Shown one piece after another: positions 16,533-26,200 of a stretch of DNA of 38,270 nucleotides (the stretch's first letter is position 1; every line of letters starts with the position of its first letter). The position numbers were made by a program, and so were the translations under genes. The DNA lies in the IMG/VR virus record IMGVR_UViG_3300044538_000011, positions 1 through 38,270 of that record; one strand, given 5' to 3'. The stretch comes from a virus (lineage: Duplodnaviria; Caudoviricetes). A model generated the notes under the pieces. It made no database searches and was not told the origin of the DNA. It saw nothing but the letters and a program-made list of their open reading frames with translations.

Positions 16533-16714
16533 AAAGCCTCTGGGAAGATTCCAAAATCAGGCTAGTGATGGCACTAGCTGATTTAAGGGGAGGTTGGTTG
16601 TTTGAACTCCTTCCAGATGTCTTTCCAGGGGGCAGGCTTACAGAAATAGAAATTGAACTATGGTCTCGTTACTTCGACGAGAAGAATCAGAGGACAAGAA
16701 CAAAAAATGGCTGA
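16523..16714 (+). CDS. -1 frameshift extension of the tail chaperone (gpGT-like)
   Basis: G GGG GAG before TAG. The -1 frame is open to 16714: VESLWEDSKIRLV...LTEIEIELWSRYF..KNG. Confidence 0.7.
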   Translation, partial: GGVESLWEDSKIRLVMALADLRGGWLFELLPDVFPGGRLTEIEIELWSRYFDEKNQRTRTKNG

Positions 16715-19700
16715 CATCAACAATACAATTAGCATCCTTTTCGAGGCAGACGACAAGGCCAGTGATGCGGTGAAAAGATTAGGTGCCAATGTCTCCGATT
16801 TTGGCAAAGCGGCAGATAGCGTAACCTCCTTTCTATCAGATATGGCCACCAATTTGTTGGCTATCGAAAGCGCGGTCCTGGCCGTAGGGGCGGCTTTTGC
16901 CACCAAGGCAATTGGGGAGGCTATGAAGTATGAGTCAGCCGTCGCGGATTTAAATAAAGTTCTTGATGAGAATGAACAAAAACAGTTCGCGTCTCTCGAT
17001 AAAGCAGGAAAGATTGATGAGTTAGCATTGAAGTATGGGATGGCCTCCACCGAAATTGTGACGGCAACCGCAAATTTCAAAGCGGCGGGTTACACCTTTC
17101 AAGAGTCAGCACAGTTGCAAGTTGACGCATTGAATCTCGTCATTGCAGGTGAAATGAGCGCGGACGAGGCATCAAGTCTGCTGGTTGCTTCCTTGAAGGG
17201 TTTCGGTGCCTCTGCTTCTGAAGCAACCCACTACGTCGACTCTTTCAATGAAGTCTCGAATAAGACTTCTGCTTCTGCCAAAGAATTGGCAGTGGGTCTT
17301 TCTCAAATCTCCCCTATTGCAAAACAAATGGGGTTCTCAGTGGACGAGACGATTGGGATTATGACCCCCATCATTGAAGTCTTCCAAAGCGGATCGGAAT
17401 CCGCAACAGCACTCAAAACTGGCTTCCTAAAACTCCTCGACGATAGTAACCCCGTTTCCGAGGCATTGACCAAAATTGGGGTATCCCAAAAGGACGCGAA
17501 TGGCAATCTCAGACAGGGCAAAGACATCTTCTATGATGTTGCGAAAGCATTCGAAACCCTGGATGACAAGCAAAAGTTGTTCACTGCGGCGCAAATCGTT
17601 GGTATTGACCAATCTGCAAAGATGGTCATCGCGTTTGATAAGCTAAAGTACATTCAAGAAGTCACCGCCATTTCTGCTAATAGCGCCGGCTCCGCAATGA
17701 AGGAAGTGGAAGTACGTCTGCAAACTACGGAACTGGCGGTGCAACGGGCGAGTGTCGCTTTTGATTTGTTAGCAAAGACGGCAGGGCAACAGATTCTCCA
17801 AAACTTCGGCGGTGTGGTGAAGGGATTCACAGACCTGGAACTGGCAATTAACCAAACTTTCAAGGACGGTTCTTTTAATGAAATTTTTGACTTCTTACGA
17901 GAGAAACTAGATGAATTAGGGAAGTGGTTTTCAGATGTTGCGAAGGGCCTACCAGAGGCAATGAAAGGCGTTGATTTTTCTGGCTTGACCACGGCATTTG
18001 ATAAGTTAATTGGGAACTTCAAAGGATTGTTTGGGGAGATGGATTTGACCAAACCGCAGGATTTACAGAAGGCAATCCAATTCTTAGTAGATTCCTTTGA
18101 ATCGTTAACCACGGTGGTAGCTGGAATCGTCAAAGGTTGGGAACCATTCGTCACTTCCATTATCGGCACAATCGACTCTTTCAACGACCTGTCACCTTCA
18201 TTGAAAGAAGCGGCGGGCCAGGGAATGGGGTTCTCGCAGGTCATTGGGACTATCCTCCCTTCTTTCAGTGCGTTGGGGGATGGAATCAGTGCCCTGGGGA
18301 CGGCAATGGAAGTCTTCGCAGGAGTCAAAGCCGCCCAATTTGTCACTTCCATTACTAGCCTGGGAAGCGTTACCACGGCCTTCGGTTCTACACTCTCGAC
18401 AGTTGCGCCCGTTTTGGGAGTAGTCGGTGCGGGACTGGCGGGTTTTGGAGTGGGTACGCTTGTCAATGAATACACGGGTGCTTCCGATGCAATCGTGGAT
18501 TTCGTAAGCAAACTGACTGGTTTAGACGAAGCGCAAAACGAAGCGATTCAAGGTCAGGGTGACTTGTCTGGGGCGATTGAAAAGTTACAGCAACAAACAG
18601 GTGATATGAGTATCACCGCAGAGAATTATCGAGAAAAACTAAGAGGGTGGTTAGAAGAACAAAAAAATGTGTCCTCTGAACAAATTAAAAGTGCTGATTC
18701 GTTCGAGAAAATGAAGGGACTCATTGAGAAAGTGATGTCTGCTTACGACGGTTCAGATGAGGCGAAAGCTAAGTTAGCAGAGCTGAAAGAACAATGGGAA
18801 AAAATGGGTGGGGTTGCCTCCACCTTCTTTGATGAAAATGGTGAGGGTTTCTACGAGTTTTATGAGTACGCCGCGGATGCGGAGGATTCTCTAGCAGGTT
18901 TAGAAGCAGAGTATGCCGGCCTACAAACGAAACTTAGTGGACTCACAGAAGGGACCAAAGAGTGGACTGACACACAACAAAAGATTAGCGAAGTAGATGA
19001 ACGCATCGAAGGACTCATAGATGGGATAACTGATGCGGACATCAAGACTGGTAATTTTTCCGAGACTATTGAGGAATATCTCGGAATATCTCAGGAACAG
19101 TTTGAAAAACTCAAATTGTACGCGACTGAACATAAAATCAGCTTATCCGAAGCGATTGAAAAATACCATGAGGGCAACGTCGTTTTGGGGGAGACTGCTA
19201 ACAAAGTTAAAGCGATTACTTCAAACAGTGAACTCGATACCTACAAGGAAAAAGTTAAACAACTCACAGAGAAATACGCCGACCAGGGTGTTGAACTGGC
19301 CAAATTGGAGGAGAAGGGGAAAAAGGGAAGTGCTGAATGGAAGTATCTTAAAACAGCGATGGAGGGCACTAAAGATGCGATTGACAAAACGAATAACGTC
19401 ATCACGGCCCTCGAAACCAAACAGGGGGCGGCAGAAGGGAAGACTGTAAAGTTGCATAAAACGTTGACGGACCTCTCCAATGATGAGAAAATTCGCTTGA
19501 TTGAAGCCAACGTGCAACTTAACGTCGCAGAAATTGAAGCCGACGTTAAGAAGACTGTTTCAGCATTCGAGTCGATTAACAAGACCATGGAAACGGTAAG
19601 CACAGTGGCGGGAGGCGCACTGGATAAATTATTCCAGGGTAGTTCCTGGGATAACGATAAACTCTTTGGTATAATAGATCGGCAAATCGATATTCAGTCG

Positions 19701-19931
19701 AATGCCGCTGAGAAGCAAAATGCTTTGATTGATGCGCAGATTCGACAGATGAACGCAAAAACACAAGCATTGGAGAAAGGTGAATCTCTTATCACCATAA
19801 CCTCCGAAGGATTGGAACCTGAAATCGAAGCATTCATGTGGAAAATTATTCAGAAAGTACAGGTGCGTGTCAACGCGGAGGGGATGGACTTCTTGATGGG
19901 AATACCGAACACCGAGACGACAACAGCATAA
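16707..19931 (+). CDS. Tail tape measure protein (TP901-like core)
   Basis: ~1074 aa helical protein; core ...VDSFNEVSNKTSAS.KELA.GL..ISPIAKQMGFSVDET...SGSESATALK. Confidence 0.93.
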   Translation: MADINNTISILFEADDKASDAVKRLGANVSDFGKAADSVTSFLSDMATNLLAIESAVLAVGAAFATKAIGEAMKYESAVADLNKVLDENEQKQFASLDKAGKIDELALKYGMASTEIVTATANFKAAGYTFQESAQLQVDALNLVIAGEMSADEASSLLVASLKGFGASASEATHYVDSFNEVSNKTSASAKELAVGLSQISPIAKQMGFSVDETIGIMTPIIEVFQSGSESATALKTGFLKLLDDSNPVSEALTKIGVSQKDANGNLRQGKDIFYDVAKAFETLDDKQKLFTAAQIVGIDQSAKMVIAFDKLKYIQEVTAISANSAGSAMKEVEVRLQTTELAVQRASVAFDLLAKTAGQQILQNFGGVVKGFTDLELAINQTFKDGSFNEIFDFLREKLDELGKWFSDVAKGLPEAMKGVDFSGLTTAFDKLIGNFKGLFGEMDLTKPQDLQKAIQFLVDSFESLTTVVAGIVKGWEPFVTSIIGTIDSFNDLSPSLKEAAGQGMGFSQVIGTILPSFSALGDGISALGTAMEVFAGVKAAQFVTSITSLGSVTTAFGSTLSTVAPVLGVVGAGLAGFGVGTLVNEYTGASDAIVDFVSKLTGLDEAQNEAIQGQGDLSGAIEKLQQQTGDMSITAENYREKLRGWLEEQKNVSSEQIKSADSFEKMKGLIEKVMSAYDGSDEAKAKLAELKEQWEKMGGVASTFFDENGEGFYEFYEYAADAEDSLAGLEAEYAGLQTKLSGLTEGTKEWTDTQQKISEVDERIEGLIDGITDADIKTGNFSETIEEYLGISQEQFEKLKLYATEHKISLSEAIEKYHEGNVVLGETANKVKAITSNSELDTYKEKVKQLTEKYADQGVELAKLEEKGKKGSAEWKYLKTAMEGTKDAIDKTNNVITALETKQGAAEGKTVKLHKTLTDLSNDEKIRLIEANVQLNVAEIEADVKKTVSAFESINKTMETVSTVAGGALDKLFQGSSWDNDKLFGIIDRQIDIQSNAAEKQNALIDAQIRQMNAKTQALEKGESLITITSEGLEPEIEAFMWKIIQKVQVRVNAEGMDFLMGIPNTETTTA

Positions 19932-19936
19932 AAATT

Positions 19937-20269
19937 ATGAACTTTTACGAATGGCATCGCCTGCAACCCGTCGCGCTGAATTATGCGACGTATCAAATAT
20001 TTACATGGGCTTGGGAACAGCCAGCGGCTAACAATGCTAACAATGAAAAATTTAGTCTGAGCCCGGCACAAAGACATATCATCGCGATCTTGTCAAAAAC
20101 CGAAATGGTCTCCTGCGGGTACTTGAGAAAACGCATTGGTTGTCAATACCTAAAATCTTTAACAATTTTGAAAAATAAAGGATTGATCAAGGAAGAACGA
20201 ATCGGTTATAAGAAATTCTTTAGTTTGGTACGCAAAGATGAAAATATCACTGTCGCCTATGCTATATGA
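19937..20269 (+). CDS. Winged-helix DNA-binding-like protein
   Basis: LSPAQRHIIAILS...L..RIG....KSLTILKNKGLIKEERIG.KKFFSL (ArsR/MarR-like pattern). Confidence 0.6.
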   Translation: MNFYEWHRLQPVALNYATYQIFTWAWEQPAANNANNEKFSLSPAQRHIIAILSKTEMVSCGYLRKRIGCQYLKSLTILKNKGLIKEERIGYKKFFSLVRKDENITVAYAI

Positions 20270-20588
20270 CCCCCGTGGGTCTTGCCTATTGGAGGTTCAC
20301 ACAATTAAACTGGACCGACAGCGTCGTTCCTCCCGTGTGCCGACTCTTGATGGAAGTGCATCGTTTTATGATACAGGTTTTAGCGTTGCCGACCAGGAGA
20401 TGTCGGTCCAGGGAAACATCGGTCTAGTTTCCCAGCTACTGTGGGAAAATTTATGTTACCTTGTGGAAACACATCAATTCATTTCTGTTTCCACTCGCGA
20501 TGGATTTTACATCGCGAAACCCGATAAGCTAACGTTGGACAGCAATTTATATAATTTCAATTTACTTTTAAAGGAGAAGCTCACATGA
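20238..20588 (+). CDS. Putative distal tail protein
   Basis: RRSSRVPTLDGSA..YDTGFS.AD; follows the tape measure gene. Confidence 0.6.
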   Translation: MKISLSPMLYDPRGSCLLEVHTIKLDRQRRSSRVPTLDGSASFYDTGFSVADQEMSVQGNIGLVSQLLWENLCYLVETHQFISVSTRDGFYIAKPDKLTLDSNLYNFNLLLKEKLT

Positions 20589-21205
20589 GTATTGAAGTAA
20601 GTAAATACCAAAATGCACGAAAATATATTCTAAATGGCAGTGTCGACTTCGACACCGACACAATTAAACTTGCGCTTGTATCAAGTGCCTACACCTTCAC
20701 CACCACCTGCGCAGGCTGGGTCGGAAGCCTCACCACTTGGTCATCTGCTGTCAGCTATTCTCTAAATTCTCGCGTCCGCCCAACCACGGCGAATGGACAC
20801 TGGTATTTATGCACCGTGGGAGGTACAAGCGGTGGAAGTGAACCGACTTGGCCGACCAATGGTTCAACTGTAACAGACGGCACTGCAACATGGGAAGACC
20901 AAGGTTTTAACCCTGCCGCGGCAGAAATTTCAGGAGTGGGTTATATTCCAGGCGGGGCCAGCCTTTCTGGCAAAACTGTGACATGTGATGCAACCTATGG
21001 TACCTTCGATGCAAACGATGTGATCTGGACCAATTCGACGCTTACGGCCCGACGTGCAGAAATGTACAAATTGGGAACTGTAAATGGTGTGGAAAACCCG
21101 CTTCTATGCTCCTTTTTGTTAGATAACACGCCCGCAGACGTGTCATCCTACAATTCCGATTTTTCCATTGTGTGGGATACCAATGGAATCTTTCGTATTG
21201 CCTAA
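20585..21205 (+). CDS. Tail protein with inserted carbohydrate-binding-like module
   Basis: DFDTDTIKLALV...E.SG.GY..GG..L...FDA.DV.W core, with insert W.....YSL..RVRP...NG.WY.CTV.GTSG.SEPTWP...VTDGT.TW. Confidence 0.7.
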   Translation: MSIEVSKYQNARKYILNGSVDFDTDTIKLALVSSAYTFTTTCAGWVGSLTTWSSAVSYSLNSRVRPTTANGHWYLCTVGGTSGGSEPTWPTNGSTVTDGTATWEDQGFNPAAAEISGVGYIPGGASLSGKTVTCDATYGTFDANDVIWTNSTLTARRAEMYKLGTVNGVENPLLCSFLLDNTPADVSSYNSDFSIVWDTNGIFRIA

Positions 21206-21220
21206 AAAAAGGAGAAATGT

Positions 21221-22150
21221 ATGTACGCAAGATACCAATATAATTCGGGTGCAACACAAGCAAACATACTCGCAGATATTGTGAAAATCTTCACGGGCGA
21301 AACCAATAAAGCAAATTTGTCTGCCAGTTGTAATCAAGCGTTAACAGTCATCACTGCTTCCGTTGCCGCGGGTTGGACCGTTCACGATGCCGCCGCCTCC
21401 TCAACCAGCCAAGTCCTTAAGGCCCCGTATTCAGACAATGGTTCGGCCTACAAGTACGTCGAATTAAAGGCAACCAGCACCAGCGCGTTTGATGTCTTTG
21501 GATACGAAACCTGGAACGCAACAGCCCACACCGGCACCAACAAAACTGGAAACACATCTTCCCCACAACCATGGACCTCCTCAAGCACGGGGTTTTTCTT
21601 GCTATTCTCTTCCAGTAAATTTCTTGCCATCGTGGGCCAGTACGGGACCACCTACGGCGCTGGCAGTTACAAGGGGATGACTATCGTCGCCGAACATTCC
21701 AGAGAACAACCTTGGAACGACGGCACATCCTACCCTTCATTTACCGCCATCGTGTCCACAGGCGACTGCCTGAATGGCAATAAGCAAGCCTATTTCACAA
21801 GGGTAAAGGACACAAATGGATACGACTTGACCGGCACGTCCGCGGTCACTTACTTGGTCACGGTGGGTACGACCTATGGTGGTTGGGCAACCGTGGGGCA
21901 ACTTCCCCAGGGTGTGAATGCAAAAGTGTTAGATAACAGCGGCAACAGATATATTCCGATGTTTCCAATTTACTTGTTCGATTCTTCAGTTTTTTCAAGT
22001 CCAGTGGGTGAGATTAGCAGTATTTGTGACATTTGGGTCGCCCCAAAGGATATGCTTGGTCACTTGGAATCAACTACCCAAAATGGAACGGATTACATCG
22101 CTGTTTCTGTCCATTCCAGTGGCCATCGTTTTCTGTTTAGACAAGGTTAA
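21221..22150 (+). CDS. Putative tail tip/structural protein
   Basis: AGGAG RBS; T/S/G-rich; within tail operon. Confidence 0.65.
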   Translation: MYARYQYNSGATQANILADIVKIFTGETNKANLSASCNQALTVITASVAAGWTVHDAAASSTSQVLKAPYSDNGSAYKYVELKATSTSAFDVFGYETWNATAHTGTNKTGNTSSPQPWTSSSTGFFLLFSSSKFLAIVGQYGTTYGAGSYKGMTIVAEHSREQPWNDGTSYPSFTAIVSTGDCLNGNKQAYFTRVKDTNGYDLTGTSAVTYLVTVGTTYGGWATVGQLPQGVNAKVLDNSGNRYIPMFPIYLFDSSVFSSPVGEISSICDIWVAPKDMLGHLESTTQNGTDYIAVSVHSSGHRFLFRQG

Positions 22151-22152
22151 AT

Positions 22153-23202
22153 ATGCTTCTTCCCATTCTGTCGAGGTTTGTATCGAGTTTTCAGTACGAG
22201 TGCCAGGTCCCTACCGACGTTGATTGTCGGGGGACGGCTGTTGCGCAACGGAGTTTTACCATCAAACCGATGACCTTTTACAAACCATTTTCCATTGTCC
22301 CGTCTTCCATTTGCGATTGGGCAACCCCGATTCCAAATTTGGTTTGTGGGTACACGGCCCACGCAGAGGAGACAGTGGAATCCAATTGGCAAATTGCAGT
22401 TCCTACCTGGAAGAATCAAAAAATCTTGACCACTGCCAATGCCGATTTTGCATGGGAGACCCCCACTGACATCGAAATCCATGGTCGCGTGCATCTAATC
22501 ATCCCCACGACCCAATTTGAATGGAAGTCACCTCGGATTTTTGAAGGCACTTGTACCGTTGCGGAAGCCAATTGGACAACGCCGATTCCACAATGGCGTC
22601 CGTCACGTCCTTTGCCGCGGTTTCCACGGCAAACACTGGTAACGAGTTACCCCACACCACGAATCTACAGAGAACCAAATCTGTTAGGGTTGCGGTATGC
22701 TGTACCCATTTACAGTGCCGAGTTAACCGGCCAACCGCCCATTTCTCTAAAATTGATTAGTTTCCAGGCAACGGTGAACAACGATAACTATTCATACCTG
22801 TCTGCTAGTGTTCACGGTATCACGGATTTTGAAGAAATTGCAGAACGCATCGGAAATTATCTTATCATCAAAAAGGGCTACCGTTGGCCGGACGGAACGC
22901 AACAATTAGATGAGTTGATTCGTACCAAATTTGAAAAACTTAGGTACGACCTGGGGGCGAACAGCGGGCGGGCAAATGTGACCGGTTACTATGCCGCGGT
23001 GCAATCGAGTGATCGGGTCCGAAAGCTAACAGGAATCAGTTATTTATCGGTGTCCGATGGCAAAATGCGAGTGCGTTGCGAAGTGGATACCTTCTTGCGG
23101 CCCGGAGGACTGGCCGATGCAAACGGTGACATTTTCACAGTGGGGGAGATAACTTATTCAGTTTCGCATAAGGTCGCCAACATGGAGGTGTCGGAAAAAT
23201 GA
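22153..23202 (+). CDS. Putative tail protein
   Basis: Long ORF in tail operon; C-terminal RVRCEVDTFLRPG..A...G..FTVGEITY resembles a hub/late-control beta region. Confidence 0.6.
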   Translation: MLLPILSRFVSSFQYECQVPTDVDCRGTAVAQRSFTIKPMTFYKPFSIVPSSICDWATPIPNLVCGYTAHAEETVESNWQIAVPTWKNQKILTTANADFAWETPTDIEIHGRVHLIIPTTQFEWKSPRIFEGTCTVAEANWTTPIPQWRPSRPLPRFPRQTLVTSYPTPRIYREPNLLGLRYAVPIYSAELTGQPPISLKLISFQATVNNDNYSYLSASVHGITDFEEIAERIGNYLIIKKGYRWPDGTQQLDELIRTKFEKLRYDLGANSGRANVTGYYAAVQSSDRVRKLTGISYLSVSDGKMRVRCEVDTFLRPGGLADANGDIFTVGEITYSVSHKVANMEVSEK

Positions 23203-26200
23203 TTAACTATCAATTCACCACGCAGGCTTTCGTTGTCGGTCAAAAAGGAGGGGGAAAATATGATGTCCAGGCGATTTATGGTGTTCAACCTCTCTTAACT
23301 GAGTATAAAGAAATTGAAACTACTTTAGTTAATACCGAGAGTTTAGTGAAATCTGCCAAAGCGGCGGTTGATGAGCGCATGGAAGAAATTACTGCCATGC
23401 AAGAGGTTCTGGAATCTCTAATCGCAACCCGTGTCAGCGCACAGCAAGCTGATAAGGTCAATGAAGCGTTGGCGGAGCGCGACAAAGCGAACAGCGATAT
23501 GAATTACTCGCAAGGTCGGGTGGACCGATTGCAAGAAAGTTTTGATACTCTTCAAGAACAAATCGACCCGCTAGAAGAACAAATTTCACATCTTGAAGAA
23601 TTGTTAGAAGGGTATGCAGGGAATGAGGAATTAATAGAACAAACTCAAACTCAAATTGACGAATTACAAGCAGAGGTTGACGAATTACAAGAGGATCAAG
23701 ATAAAGTTGATAAGAAGCTAAAATTGGCCCAGGAGGAATTAGAATTTTACACTCGTCTATTCAACGAAAAGGACGAGGCATATAATGAAATCATGGCGTT
23801 GGGCAATGAAGAAGAATTTAATGCTTCGGTGAAAAGGATAAGTACGTTTATTGCTTTTGCAGAGGAGGAATTAAGAGAAATTCGGCGCGAGTATAATCGC
23901 CTCTTACTAAAAAAATCTGGTCTTGAGACGCGGAAAAATTACATTTATACCAATTGGATGTCGAATCGGATTGAGGATGTGATCTGCATAAAAGGACAGA
24001 ATTTGCCAATCAACGCACTGGTTGAACTGATCACCGTGCAAGGGTATGCAAGTGATGTTGCATCACAAATTGAGGAACAGCACAAATTAATCAATGAAAC
24101 GCAGCTTTCCATTGCACAATCTAGCGATAGTATCGTAAAATTGTATGCGCAAATTGCACCTCTGAAAAACAAATTAAATACTTTATCGGGTAAATTATCC
24201 AGCGTCAACAGTGCATGGAATTTCTGGAAGAGGCAACTCAAAATTGCTTCCGAAAGGGTGGAAAATTTAGAACAAAGTGTTGATGAAAACAACCAAGAAA
24301 TTGATAAATTACAAGCCGACCTTGGGGAGGCCCAGGCGGTGCTAACAGATTTGCTAGATGCTGAATACCAAGATGAAGAGGCTATTGAAGCGCAGGAAGA
24401 CGTAATTGCAGAACTCAACGATAATCTAATTGATTTACAGGAACACCAGAAGCACCTAACAGGGGAACTGCAAGCCGCGACGATGGATGTATCAGATAAA
24501 AGTGAAAGAGTGGAATCGTCTGCCTCAGAAAAGAGTGATTTGGAAGATTCCATTGAGAGCGTTCGCGGTGAAATTGATGAACTTGTGGAGAAGCAAGAAG
24601 AGTGGCAAGAAAAAATTGAGGCGGCTGAAACCCTGATTCAGAACGCAATCACGACAATTTCAGGGCTGAAAAACAAAGATAAATACTTCATTTCAACTGA
24701 TGCGTCGGAATATGTTGAATCTGTAGAAACGGTTTCTGGGAGGTTTTACTCCAAACCCGATACCGCGGGAAACTTGTCGTTGCAGTTGTATTCAACTGTC
24801 GAACAAACAGCGATTATGAAGCGTGCCCTTTCTTTGAGTCCCGCACAATTGTTTTTTAACTATGCAATTTTGCCTGGTTGGCAGAAGTTTCTGCCTACTT
24901 ACCGGACGGGGACGATTAATTTTGTATATAGGAACGACAACCAGGAACTTTGTTGTGATGTTACTTTAGAACCACGGTTTAGTGAATGTCAAAATTTGGA
25001 TATTAACAAAACAACTGAATTAACGAAAACACCTTTTGATTCGAGTATGCTGGTGGAGCGATTAATCTCTGGAATTGGTGGTTACTACTTCCCCGTCCAA
25101 TGGGATGACACAAATTTTGGTGCTAAGACCAAGAGATTTTATTTGCCAAAACAAGTTGCCTATAATAGAAAAAACGACCCTTCTAATTTTTTAGGGAAAA
25201 GATGTTTAGTTGTTTTTAAAGAACAAGATTGGGAACAACCAGTTGTTATATGGGTGGATGGATTACTTGAAAGCGAATATTTGTGTCTAGGTGTATATCT
25301 TGATAAATACCTCACTTATTCTCCAACCAAACAGACATTTCGCAGATTTCAACATATACATAAACGTGTCATACATCTCACCGAAGACGGTATTATTAAT
25401 GGTAATTATCCACTCGGTGATTATACTAAAGTCCCTTTACGTGAAATCGGCGTAAGTGCTACAAATATTGCTTTTACCTTTTTGCTGTTGGATGAGCCTA
25501 AAAATTTAGAACCCGATAACATCCCAACTTATATCAATTCTGACGGCCTCACGCTAAAGGAGATATTCGATCTAGGTGGCCCATGGAAAGTAAATTTTTA
25601 TGGGTGTCCACTCATCGCTAAAAATGGAAATCTGGTGGTTTGTAGCTATAAACTTAAAAGATTCTATCCTTTGGGCGATGCTTGGGATGATTACGAACTT
25701 CGCCCGTCTTCATTGCAAGGTCATAGTCTGTATCAGATACTTCCATGTCTTGAAGAATGTACTGGGTACAGTCCTATCTATGACTTTAACTACGCTTCAG
25801 TTGATCAATACATTGATGATGGCGGAGACACCATATTAGGTAGATTACTATGTAGCACCAAACAAGAGATTTTAAATATCAGGTTCCCACCGAGACTACC
25901 AATGTTTACAGAGTATTGGTTCGAAGACGTATTAAGAAAACGACTAATTTACACAAACCAAGGTGTCTCAGTAGAAACAGAATCAACACCCAGTGAACAC
26001 CAATTTTGCCTCCAAGTTTTTGCCAAGGCCATTCAAAACAATGAAGTTTATGGGGCAGGAATACTCTATAATTCTGTCCTCCCCAAACCTGATCCGAATA
26101 GCAAAAAATCTCCTATCACGTTGAAAAAGGAGAAGAAAAAAATATTGGCAGAAACATTCAGTATTGTAAAACCAATTGCCGTTTTGGAGGTAAAACAAGA

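Noticed and set aside
17654-18511. Long antisense ORFs (e.g. 17654-18511, 23945-24553)
   Set aside because: Shadow frames opposite well-supported genes.
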